Below, in pieces: positions 54,123-63,388 of a stretch of 64,000 nucleotides of DNA (within the stretch, counting starts at the first letter, position 1; the number at the start of each line of letters is the position of its first letter). Both the position numbers and the translations under genes were made by a program. The notes under the pieces are model-generated. The model was not told the origin of the DNA and did not search any database. It saw nothing but the letters and a program-made list of their open reading frames with translations. Source of the stretch: Patescibacteria group bacterium (lineage in GTDB: Bacteria; Patescibacteriota; Minisyncoccia; Phycocordibacterales; Phycocordibacteraceae); assembly GCA_018826905.1 (NCBI GenBank), contig JAHJYC010000005.1:46681-110680 (forward strand). The letters are read 5' to 3'.

Positions 54123-57100
54123 ATGCAGCAAAAAAAGCTCGTGCCAAAAACATTCGGTGCATACCGCGCCCCGCGTGTTGAGTTTCCTGACCTGGTAGGC
54201 CACCAGCGGGAATCTTTTAATTGGCTTTTGGCCGATGGAATCAAGGAGCTCTTTAAGGAGTTTTCTCCAGTGCAAGATTATTCAGGAAAGAAATTTGAAC
54301 TCCGCTTTGACGGATTTGAAGTAGGCGATCCTAAGGGAACTGAGGAAGAGGCACGTGAGAACATGCGTACCTATGAAGCTCCTCTTAAGGCGTCTGTTAC
54401 GCTCGTAAACAAGACGTTTGGATCTGAGAAGACTCAGGAGATTTTCCTCTCTGATATTCCGATGATGACACCTCACGGTAGTTTCATCGTATCTGGAGTT
54501 GAGCGTGCTATTGTCCCTCAGCTCGCCCGTTCGTTCGGTGCATTCTTTGTTGCTGAAGAAACAAAGGGAAGAAACTTCTTTGGTGCAAAACTTATTCCTG
54601 CACGTGGTGTATGGATTGAGATTGAATCTGATTCAGACGGAGCTATCTTCGTTAAGATTGATCGCAAGCGTAAATTCCCTGTCACGAACCTGCTCAGCGT
54701 ATTTGGTGCAGGAACACGCGAGGACATTCTTAAGAAATTTATTGGCGACGAGACTGCAACGAATGCAGTGAACGCAACACTCGCGCACGATACTGCGCAG
54801 AGCGTAGAAGATGCATATGTAGAAATACACCGCCGCATGCGCGACGGTGATTTGGCGACCCCAGACAATGCTAAGCAGTACGTGAACGCACTCTTCGCTG
54901 CTGATAGGTACGATCTTTCTAAAGTAGGACGTCATCGCCTGAATGCTCGTTTCTCACTTCCAACTGATAAGAAGTCTCTTGAACAGCGTGCTCTTACGCT
55001 AGACGATCTTCTTCGTATTGTTGCTGAGATCGCTCGCATGAACCAGGATCCTCAGGCTGTTCCAGATGATATTGATCACCTCGGCTTCCGTCGTGTTCGT
55101 TTCGTTGGAGAACTTCTTCAGGCTCGTATGCGTGTCGGTATGTCTCGCATGAAGCGAAACATCCAGGACCGCATGTCTACCATTGAGTCTGAGACTTCTC
55201 TTCCAATGGCATTCGTAAACCCACGTCCTCTCTCAGCATCAGTTCGTGAGTTCTTCACAGCGAACCAGCTTTCACAGTTCATGGACCAGCAGAACATTCT
55301 TGCTGAGCTTGAGAACATGCGCACCCTCTCAGCACTTGGCCCGGGAGGACTGACACGTGAGCGTGCAGGCTTTGAGGTTCGTGACGTGCACCCATCACAC
55401 TACGGACGTCTTTGTCCAATCCACACTCCAGAAGGAGCGAACATCGGTCTTATTCTTCGTCTTGCGCTACATGCTCGCACAAACGAGTTCGGTGTTATTG
55501 AAACTCCGTACGCAAAGGTAACGAAGGGAGTGGTGACTGAAGAGATTGAATACCTCAATGCTCTTGATGAGGAGTCATACGTTATTGCGCACGCAGCTAC
55601 CCCTGTTGACGCAAAGGGACGTATTGTTCCAGACACCATTGAGGCTCGTAAGGGAGGAGAACCGGCAGTGGTACACCGTGAGGAGATCAACTACATTGAT
55701 GCGTCTACGTATCAGATGTTCTCAGCTGCTACTGCGATGATTCCGTTCGTTGATCATGATGATGCGAACCGTGCACTCATGGGTTCAAACATGCAGAAGC
55801 AGGCAACACCAGTCCTCATTCCAGAGGCACCACTCGTTGCTACCGGTATTGAAGGACACGCAGCACGTAACACAGGACGCCTCATCATTGCTGAAGAGGC
55901 GGGAACGGTGTCATACGCCGACGCACGTCGCATTGTTGTCACGCCTTCAAACGGGAAGGATCATGAGTACAAGCTTCAGGGCCTCACTCAGACCAACCAG
56001 AACTCTGCATTCATGCAGCGCCCTATCGTAAAGACAGGAGACAAGGTGAAGAAGGGAGATGTGCTTGGAGACGCATCTTCTTCAGACCAGGGTCAGATGG
56101 CACTTGGACAGAACGTCCGTGTTGCCTTCATGAGTTGGAGTGGAGCAAACTACGAGGATGCGATCATTGTCTCTGAGAGACTAGTGGAAGAATCTAAGTT
56201 CACTACCGTACATATTGAAGATTTTGAGTGTGCTGTACGCGACACAAAGCTCGGAGCTGAAGTAACCACACACGACATTCCTAACGTCGGAGAACTTCGT
56301 TTGAAGAACCTTGATGAAGAAGGCGTTGTTCGTATTGGTGCTGAGGTACGACCTGGAGACATCCTCGTTGGAAAGGTAACGCCTAAGGGAGAGACACAGC
56401 TTACTCCTGAAGAGCGCTTGCTTCGTTCAATCTTTGGAGACAAAGCAAAGGACGTGAAGGACACCTCACTTCGTATGGAAGGAGGAAAGCGTGGCCGCGT
56501 TATTGGCGTACGTGTCTTTAGTCGTGAGAGTGGAGACCAGCTTGAGAGCGGTATTATCAAGAAGATTGTCGTTACCGTTGCACAGGTGCGCAACGTCTCA
56601 GTGGGAGACAAGCTTGCTGGTCGTCACGGAAACAAGGGAGTTATCTCTCGTGTGCTTCCTGTTGAGGACATGCCATACGACAAGGATGGAAATCCAGTGG
56701 ACATTATTCTTACTCCACTTGGAGTGCCATCTCGCATGAACCTTGGACAGATTCTTGAGTTGCACCTTGGACTTGCGGCACACACGCTTAACTACCAGGC
56801 AATTGTGCCTCCGTTTGCAGGAGCAACTGCTGACGAAATTCGTGCAGAGCTTGAGACTGCTGGCTTTGATCGCTCTGGAAAGATGCGTCTCTTTGATGGA
56901 CGAACCGGAGAAGCCTTTGCTCAGCCAATCTCAGTTGGATACATGTATGTTCTCAAACTCCATCACATGGTGGAGGACAAGATCCACATGCGTTCAATCG
57001 GTCCGTACAGCCTCATTACCCAGCAGCCGCTCGGAGGAAAGGCACAAAACGGAGGACAGCGCTTTGGAGAAATGGAAGTATGGGCACTCCTTGGATACGG

Positions 57101-57296
57101 AGCTGCCTACACACTCCGTGAGATGCTCACTATTAAGTCTGATGATATCCAGGGACGCTCTGCAACCTTTGATGCCATCGTGAAGGGTGAGCCAGTATCA
57201 CACGCTGGAACCCCAGCATCGTTCGCAGTACTTACTAATCAGATCCGCGGTCTGGCTCTTGATATAGAGCCAATGGAAGGCCGTTCGGACGTCTAA
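54123..57296 (+). CDS. rpoB: DNA-directed RNA polymerase beta subunit (compact, 1057 aa).
   Basis: Conserved rpoB blocks throughout, for example 'GPGGLTRERAGFEVRDVH', 'NMQKQA' and 'GQRFGEMEVWAL'. Confidence 0.92.
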   Translation: MQQKKLVPKTFGAYRAPRVEFPDLVGHQRESFNWLLADGIKELFKEFSPVQDYSGKKFELRFDGFEVGDPKGTEEEARENMRTYEAPLKASVTLVNKTFGSEKTQEIFLSDIPMMTPHGSFIVSGVERAIVPQLARSFGAFFVAEETKGRNFFGAKLIPARGVWIEIESDSDGAIFVKIDRKRKFPVTNLLSVFGAGTREDILKKFIGDETATNAVNATLAHDTAQSVEDAYVEIHRRMRDGDLATPDNAKQYVNALFAADRYDLSKVGRHRLNARFSLPTDKKSLEQRALTLDDLLRIVAEIARMNQDPQAVPDDIDHLGFRRVRFVGELLQARMRVGMSRMKRNIQDRMSTIESETSLPMAFVNPRPLSASVREFFTANQLSQFMDQQNILAELENMRTLSALGPGGLTRERAGFEVRDVHPSHYGRLCPIHTPEGANIGLILRLALHARTNEFGVIETPYAKVTKGVVTEEIEYLNALDEESYVIAHAATPVDAKGRIVPDTIEARKGGEPAVVHREEINYIDASTYQMFSAATAMIPFVDHDDANRALMGSNMQKQATPVLIPEAPLVATGIEGHAARNTGRLIIAEEAGTVSYADARRIVVTPSNGKDHEYKLQGLTQTNQNSAFMQRPIVKTGDKVKKGDVLGDASSSDQGQMALGQNVRVAFMSWSGANYEDAIIVSERLVEESKFTTVHIEDFECAVRDTKLGAEVTTHDIPNVGELRLKNLDEEGVVRIGAEVRPGDILVGKVTPKGETQLTPEERLLRSIFGDKAKDVKDTSLRMEGGKRGRVIGVRVFSRESGDQLESGIIKKIVVTVAQVRNVSVGDKLAGRHGNKGVISRVLPVEDMPYDKDGNPVDIILTPLGVPSRMNLGQILELHLGLAAHTLNYQAIVPPFAGATADEIRAELETAGFDRSGKMRLFDGRTGEAFAQPISVGYMYVLKLHHMVEDKIHMRSIGPYSLITQQPLGGKAQNGGQRFGEMEVWALLGYGAAYTLREMLTIKSDDIQGRSATFDAIVKGEPVSHAGTPASFAVLTNQIRGLALDIEPMEGRSDV

Positions 57297-57308
57297 CCCT
57301 AGACTACT

Positions 57309-60300
57309 ATGGCAACTCCCATGAATTCCTCCGGAAAGCGTCCGATGGCACCTCGTTCCCTAGAATGGAACGCACTTCGCCTTTCACTCGCTTCACCTGA
57401 GCGCATCCTTTCTTGGTCTCGTGGAGAAATCACGAAGCCGGAAACAATTAACTACCGTACGCAGCGCTCTGAAAAGCACGGACTCTTTGATGAAAAGATC
57501 TTTGGTCCTGAGCGTGATTACGAGTGTTACTGCGGAAAGTACAAAGGTATCCGTTATAAGGGTATTGTGTGTGACAAGTGTGGTGTAGAAATCACTCGCT
57601 CTATCGTGCGTCGTGAGCGTATGGGCCACATTGAGCTCGTTACTCCAGTAGCACACATTTGGTTCCTTCGCTCTATGCCAAGTCGCATGGCACTCATCCT
57701 CGGCATCCCTTCAGCTGATCTAGAGAAGGTGGTGTACTTCGCGGGATACATTGTGACTAAGGTCGCAGAAGACGTGAAGAAGCGCATCCTCGCTGAGCTT
57801 GAGAACGAGTACAAGACTAAGCACAAGGCAGCGTCAACTGACCAAGAGCGAGACACGCTTAAGGAGAAGATGACTGTTGCAAAGCACGACATTGAAAGCG
57901 TTGTCGTTGGAAAGGTATTTGATGAAGTTCAGTACCATCGCTTCTCAGTACGCTACGGAACACTCTTTGAAGCAAAGATCGGGGCAGAGGCTATCTACGA
58001 TATCTTCCGCACGCTTAAACTTGAAGACCTTAAAGCAACACTTGAAGAGCGCTATCCAAAGGCAGCTGCCGCTGAGCGTGAGAAGCTCGCAAAGCGTATT
58101 TCATTGATCTCTTCAATGATTGCATCAAAGGTACGTCCCGAGTGGATGTTCCTCACGAAGATTCCAGTTATTCCACCAGCCCTTCGCCCGATGGTTGCTC
58201 TTGAGGGTGGACGTCATGCAACGTCTGATGTGAACGACCTCTATCGTCGTGTTATCAACCGCAACAACCGTTTGAAGAAGTTGCTTGATATTCACGCGCC
58301 TGAAGTTATTCTCCGCAACGAGAAGCGTATTCTTCAGGAGGCTGTTGATGCGCTACTTGATAACTCAATCCGCAAGGGAGGAGCGTCAGGAGGAGCACTC
58401 ACTCCATCTCAGCGACGTCCGCTTAAGTCTCTCGCTGACTACCTAAAGGGAAAGCAAGGATACTTCCGACAGAACTTGCTTGGAAAGCGTGTGGACTACT
58501 CTGGTCGCTCTGTGATTGTGGTGGGACCTGATCTTGAGCTTGATGAGTGTGGTCTTCCAAAGCATATGGCACTTGAGCTCTTCCGCCCGTTCGTTATTGC
58601 AGGACTCTTGCAACGTGAACTTGCCTTCAACATCCGTGGCGCTGGTCGCTTGATTGAAGATGGTGTTGCAGAAGTGTGGGAAATTCTTGAAGAGGCGATT
58701 CGTGGCAAGCACGTACTCTTGAACCGTGCGCCTACACTGCACCGACAGGGTATTCAGGCCTTCCGCCCTCGTCTCATTGAGGGAGATGCGATTCAGCTTC
58801 ACCCGCTCGTCTGTCCTGCGTTCAACGCTGACTTCGATGGAGACCAGATGGCCATCCACGTCCCTCTTTCTGAAGAGGCACAGTGGGAGGCAGCTAACGT
58901 GATGTCTGCAAACAAAAACATTCTAAAGCCAGGATCTGGTGAGATGATTGTTATGACGCAGAAGCCACTTGATATCGTTCTTGGAACGTACTGGCTCACG
59001 AAGGCAATGCCTGGCTCTAAGGGAGAAGGAAACTACTTCCAGTCTCCAAACGCTGCGATTCTTGCGCATGAGTATGGAGCAATTGACCTCCGTGCTGTTA
59101 TTAACGTTCTTCCTGTTGCAGGAAAGGCGAAGTACTCAGCTATGGGTGACGGTATCTTTGAGACAACCGTAGGACGTCTCTTGTTCAACACCGTGCTTCC
59201 TGCTGACTATCCGTTTGTGAATGACGCGATCAGCAAGAAGGTTATTACCGGCATCATGAATGACTGTATTGATAAGTACGGCATTGATGCAGTTCCTGGA
59301 ATTGTAAACAAGGTGAAGCGCTTCGGCTTTGAGTACGCCACAAAGTCAGGCGTCTCATGGTCTCTAGACGATGTATCAGTTCCTGAAGGAAAGGATGCAA
59401 TCGTAACTGCAGCTCGTACAAAGGTTGAGCGTATTGAAGGAGATTTCCAGGACGGATTGCTCTCACAAGAAGAGAAGCGTCGTATGGTTATTGAAGTCTG
59501 GCACGGAGCGAAGACTGAGGTAGAGAAGCTCGTTGAGGATGCACTTGATCCAACTGGTTCAGTCCATGACATGGTGCGCTCTGGCGCTCGTGGTTCTATC
59601 GGAAACCTTACTCAGATGGCTGGTATGAAGGGACTTATCCAGAATACTGCTGGAGAGACTATTGAAGTGCCGATTGTGTCTTCAATGACAGAAGGTCTTA
59701 ATCCTGTTGAGTACTTCATGTCTACACACGGTGCACGTAAGGGTCTTACTGACACAGCACTTGGAACAGCTCGTGCAGGGTACCTTACTCGTCGTTTGTT
59801 TGATGTGGCACAAGACTCAATCATCACTGAAAAGGATTGTGGTACCAAGCGAGGCGTTGCGATTAATCGTGTGTCAGCTTCAGGTATTAAGATTGACTTC
59901 GCTGAGGCAGTTCGTGGACGCACACTCGCTCTTGAAGCTGCAGGCTTAAAGAAGGGGGCATATATCTCAGCAGCTGATGCACAGACTATTGCAGCAGACG
60001 AATCAGTAGCCTCTGTTTCAGTTCGCTCTCCAATGTCGTGTGAGACACGGTACGGTATCTGTGGCGTTTGTTATGGAATGGATCTTTCAACGCAGCTCCC
60101 AGTTGATCTTGGAGAGGCTGTAGGAACTATTGCAGCGCAGGCTATTGGAGAGCCGGGAACTCAGCTCACTATGCGTACCTTCCATGCCGGAGGAACAGCA
60201 TCTGTGGGAGGAGACATCACCTCAGGTCTTCCACGTATTGAGGAAGTCTTTGAGAAGCGTTCTCCAAAGAATCCAGCTGCCATCTCTAAGTTTGATGGAA

Positions 60301-61034
60301 TGGTTGCAGAGATTCGTGAGCAGGGCCGCGACAAAGTAGTTGTGGTAACTCCTGAGGCAGGACAAGGAAAGAAGGATGGCTCAAATACAGAGTATGTTCT
60401 TACGTATCCTCGTCAGGCACTCGTTAAGGAGGGTCAGGCTGTAGTGAAGGGACAATTCCTTTCAGACGGATCTGCTGATCTTGATGATCTCTTTGATCGC
60501 GCAGGACGGGCACTCGTTCAGGAGTACATTATTGCTGAGACCAGCAAGATCTATGAACTTCAGGGAGCGTCTGTGTCTCGCAAGCACTTGGAGGTTATCG
60601 TGAAGCAGATGTTCTCACGCGCGAAGATTACGGAGACGGGTGATTCAGATTACTCAGTCGGCGATGTTGTTGAGCAGTGGGAGTTTGACGAGGAAGTGAA
60701 GGATATGGAGGCTGAAGGAAAGATTGCACCAAAGGCGAGAGAAATGGTCCTTGGTATTAAGGAATCTGCACTTTCTCGCCGCTCCTTCCTTTCTGCAGCG
60801 TCCTTTGAGCAGACGACGAAGATTCTTATTAACGCATCTCTTAAGGGATCAGTTGATACACTTCGCGGACTCAAAGAGAACGTTATTCTTGGACGACTTA
60901 TTCCAGCAGGAACTGGATTCAGTGGTTCAAAGAAGCATGCTGCAATTGACGTCATGCAGGACAAAAGAGCTGCACAGATGCGTGCTGTTGAGGCACAGCG
61001 TCTTGCAGAGGAACCAGCTGCAGAAGTTCGGTAG
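57309..61034 (+). CDS. rpoC: DNA-directed RNA polymerase beta' subunit.
   Basis: Zinc-binding 'CYCGKYKGIRYKGIVCDKCG'. 'NADFDGDQMAIH' catalytic loop. 1241 aa. Confidence 0.92.
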   Translation: MATPMNSSGKRPMAPRSLEWNALRLSLASPERILSWSRGEITKPETINYRTQRSEKHGLFDEKIFGPERDYECYCGKYKGIRYKGIVCDKCGVEITRSIVRRERMGHIELVTPVAHIWFLRSMPSRMALILGIPSADLEKVVYFAGYIVTKVAEDVKKRILAELENEYKTKHKAASTDQERDTLKEKMTVAKHDIESVVVGKVFDEVQYHRFSVRYGTLFEAKIGAEAIYDIFRTLKLEDLKATLEERYPKAAAAEREKLAKRISLISSMIASKVRPEWMFLTKIPVIPPALRPMVALEGGRHATSDVNDLYRRVINRNNRLKKLLDIHAPEVILRNEKRILQEAVDALLDNSIRKGGASGGALTPSQRRPLKSLADYLKGKQGYFRQNLLGKRVDYSGRSVIVVGPDLELDECGLPKHMALELFRPFVIAGLLQRELAFNIRGAGRLIEDGVAEVWEILEEAIRGKHVLLNRAPTLHRQGIQAFRPRLIEGDAIQLHPLVCPAFNADFDGDQMAIHVPLSEEAQWEAANVMSANKNILKPGSGEMIVMTQKPLDIVLGTYWLTKAMPGSKGEGNYFQSPNAAILAHEYGAIDLRAVINVLPVAGKAKYSAMGDGIFETTVGRLLFNTVLPADYPFVNDAISKKVITGIMNDCIDKYGIDAVPGIVNKVKRFGFEYATKSGVSWSLDDVSVPEGKDAIVTAARTKVERIEGDFQDGLLSQEEKRRMVIEVWHGAKTEVEKLVEDALDPTGSVHDMVRSGARGSIGNLTQMAGMKGLIQNTAGETIEVPIVSSMTEGLNPVEYFMSTHGARKGLTDTALGTARAGYLTRRLFDVAQDSIITEKDCGTKRGVAINRVSASGIKIDFAEAVRGRTLALEAAGLKKGAYISAADAQTIAADESVASVSVRSPMSCETRYGICGVCYGMDLSTQLPVDLGEAVGTIAAQAIGEPGTQLTMRTFHAGGTASVGGDITSGLPRIEEVFEKRSPKNPAAISKFDGMVAEIREQGRDKVVVVTPEAGQGKKDGSNTEYVLTYPRQALVKEGQAVVKGQFLSDGSADLDDLFDRAGRALVQEYIIAETSKIYELQGASVSRKHLEVIVKQMFSRAKITETGDSDYSVGDVVEQWEFDEEVKDMEAEGKIAPKAREMVLGIKESALSRRSFLSAASFEQTTKILINASLKGSVDTLRGLKENVILGRLIPAGTGFSGSKKHAAIDVMQDKRAAQMRAVEAQRLAEEPAAEVR

Positions 61035-61046
61035 TAGAAATCTGTT

Positions 61047-61088
61047 TTTAAACACAAAACCCGCTCCTAGGAGCGGGTTTTGTGTTTA
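61047..61088. terminator. 42-nt perfect palindrome serving as a bidirectional terminator between rpoC and the convergent HTH gene.
   Basis: 'ttaaacacaaaacccgctcc tag gagcgggttttgtgtttaa'. Confidence 0.8.
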
Positions 61089-61106
61089 AAATAAAATCCC
61101 TCTCGC

Positions 61107-61595
61107 TTACCACGAAGGGGATTTGATCAACACGAAACGAGGAGCATTAGATGCTTCAAAGACATAGTAGAGTTTTTCTGGATCCAAAACCCGCGTATCC
61201 CACGTGAGAGATTCGGCGATATCTGGCGGCTCAATAAATGAAGACCTTAAGATAAATCGTCTGAGAGCCGCCTCGTGATGGATTTCTGGGGTCTGGACCC
61301 CTTGCTCCCATAAAGAAACATCCGACTTGCGGACCCCAAAGAAAGAAGCGAACTCTTTCTTGGAAAAACCCAAGTGCAGCCTAAGAAATTCTAATTCTAC
61401 AGGGACGAATCGCCTTTCTTGTTTGGCGATACACTTGGACACCTCTTTGTTCAGGGCATGAACATGCTCCCACTCAAATGTCCCGTTGGGTAACACTAGG
61501 TTCTGTAGGTAAACAGGGAACCCGCAGAGATTGTACACATGTGCGTAGGTAACCACTTGTTCCCCTTTCCAGAAGAATCTAAAAAGAACGTACAT
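61107..61595 (-). CDS. Hypothetical protein with a central XRE-family helix-turn-helix motif.
   Basis: 'LRLHLGFSKKEFASFFGVRKSDVSLWEQG'. It is a lone minus-strand gene between rpoC and dnaG. Confidence 0.55.
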   Translation of the reverse strand: MYVLFRFFWKGEQVVTYAHVYNLCGFPVYLQNLVLPNGTFEWEHVHALNKEVSKCIAKQERRFVPVELEFLRLHLGFSKKEFASFFGVRKSDVSLWEQGVQTPEIHHEAALRRFILRSSFIEPPDIAESLTWDTRVLDPEKLYYVFEASNAPRFVLIKSPSW

Positions 61596-61678
61596 TTTTT
61601 ATACTGTATTTCTTCCTGGATGACAAACGGCTCACCCAGAAGCTAAGTAAAGTAAGGTACGGTACACTAAAGATATCC

Positions 61679-63355
61679 ATGGATACCGTCCAGAAAATAA
61701 AAGAGAAACTCTCCATACTTGAAGTGGTGGCGCCCTATGTAAAGCTCGCTAAGTCTGGCCGGAACTATAAGGGCCTTTCTCCGTTTAATAAGGAGAAGAC
61801 ACCCTCTTTCTATGTGAATCCGGAACGAGGCACTTACTACTGCTTCTCTTCAGGACAGGGAGGAGACCAGTTTGAATTCATTCAAAAGATGGAGGGAGTG
61901 GATTTTAAAGGAGCACTCAAAATACTTGCAGAGAAAGCTGGTGTAGAAATTGTATATAGTGCCAATAAGGAGGACAAAGGGAAGCAAGACAAGCTGTTTG
62001 AAGCAATGTCACGTGCAGAGAACCAATACGTATCTTTGTTAGACACTAAAGGACCTGCCTATGCGTACGCTCTCTCCCGTGGGTTGTCTGCGGAATCTAT
62101 TAAAGACTGGAACATCGGATATGCCCCGGATACTTGGCGCACTCTACTTGAATCTTTAGAAGCCTCAGGTTTTACAAAACAGGAACTCTCTGCTGCAGGA
62201 CTTGTAAAAGAAGCTGACGAGAAGAAGGGGACATGGTATGACCGGTTCAGAAACCGTCTCATGTTTCCAATTAAAGATATTGCAGGACGAACTGTTGCGT
62301 TCACTGGGCGCGCACTAGATCCAAATGATCAAGCGAAGTACCTTAACTCACCCGAAACTGATCTCTACAAGAAATCAGAGATTCTTTTTGGTATGCATAA
62401 GGCAAAGGATGCAATTCGCACTAGGGGATTCGCCCTCCTTGTGGAAGGGCAGATGGATCTTCTTATGCTTCATCAGATAGGATTTACAAATACTGTTGCG
62501 CTCTCTGGTACGGCGCTTTCTCCTAAACACCTGACACTTGTTAAGCGCTATGCAGACAATCTTATGCTAGCTCTTGATAGCGATAGGGCCGGACTGAATG
62601 CGTCAATGAAAAACGCATTGGTGGCTCTCAAGTCAGGAATGCGTGTTAAAGCAGTCCTTCTTCCAGAAGGAAAGGATCCTGCAGATCTTGCAACTGAGGA
62701 TCCGAAAGAATTTACAAAGCGAGTATCGGAGGCGCTCCCTATTATTGAGTTTTTCCTTTCAGTACTTGCTGAGAGCGAGAAGGACTCGCACCGGCTCATA
62801 ATCAAAGCGGAACAAGTTGTGCTTCCGCTTATTGCAGCAATCCAAAGTCCCATGGAGCGAGAGCACTTCGTAGGTATCGCAGCCCAAAGATTAGGCTCAA
62901 CACCAGAGGCTTTGAGACAAGTGCTGGCGAGACTGCCTCAAGAGGGAGTGGAATCTACTAAAGTAGTAACAAACCAAGAGGTCCCGAAAAGTGAAAAGGT
63001 TAAACCAAGTGTCAGTTTAGGACTCTCAATTCGTGCTTTAGTTGCTGGATATCCTGAAACAGCCCTTGCAAAACGGCTCAAGGGCGAGTACGCTCGTATT
63101 ATCGGCGCACCGTTTCCGGATGAGCCTCCTCCCGAACAGGTTATTTTCGAGGCAGGAATCGCTTATGGCGAGGCACCGGATGAATTGGCAGCGGACGAGC
63201 TCATAACTGTTTTTGAAAAAACAATCCTCACGGAGCGTCTCAGTGACGCGACCGTGCGTCTTCGCGTAGCGGAAGCTTCTCAGAATAAGCAAGAAATTCA
63301 AGACGCGAGTGAAGCATGCCGCTCTCTCGCACAGGCACTCGCCACTTTTAAATAG
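61679..63355 (+). CDS. dnaG: DNA primase. The Toprim and RNA-polymerase core are intact, but the N-terminal zinc-binding motif is degenerate.
   Basis: 'PFNKEKTPSFYVNPERGTYYCFSSGQGGD' aligns to 'CPFHNEKTPSF...YHCFGCGAHG' with 3 of 4 Zn ligands replaced. Toprim 'LVEGQMDLLMLHQIG...LALDSDRAG'. Confidence 0.85.
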   Translation: MDTVQKIKEKLSILEVVAPYVKLAKSGRNYKGLSPFNKEKTPSFYVNPERGTYYCFSSGQGGDQFEFIQKMEGVDFKGALKILAEKAGVEIVYSANKEDKGKQDKLFEAMSRAENQYVSLLDTKGPAYAYALSRGLSAESIKDWNIGYAPDTWRTLLESLEASGFTKQELSAAGLVKEADEKKGTWYDRFRNRLMFPIKDIAGRTVAFTGRALDPNDQAKYLNSPETDLYKKSEILFGMHKAKDAIRTRGFALLVEGQMDLLMLHQIGFTNTVALSGTALSPKHLTLVKRYADNLMLALDSDRAGLNASMKNALVALKSGMRVKAVLLPEGKDPADLATEDPKEFTKRVSEALPIIEFFLSVLAESEKDSHRLIIKAEQVVLPLIAAIQSPMEREHFVGIAAQRLGSTPEALRQVLARLPQEGVESTKVVTNQEVPKSEKVKPSVSLGLSIRALVAGYPETALAKRLKGEYARIIGAPFPDEPPPEQVIFEAGIAYGEAPDELAADELITVFEKTILTERLSDATVRLRVAEASQNKQEIQDASEACRSLAQALATFK

Positions 63356-63388
63356 TGTTCACAATTATTCACTTTTTCTCACATTCCC

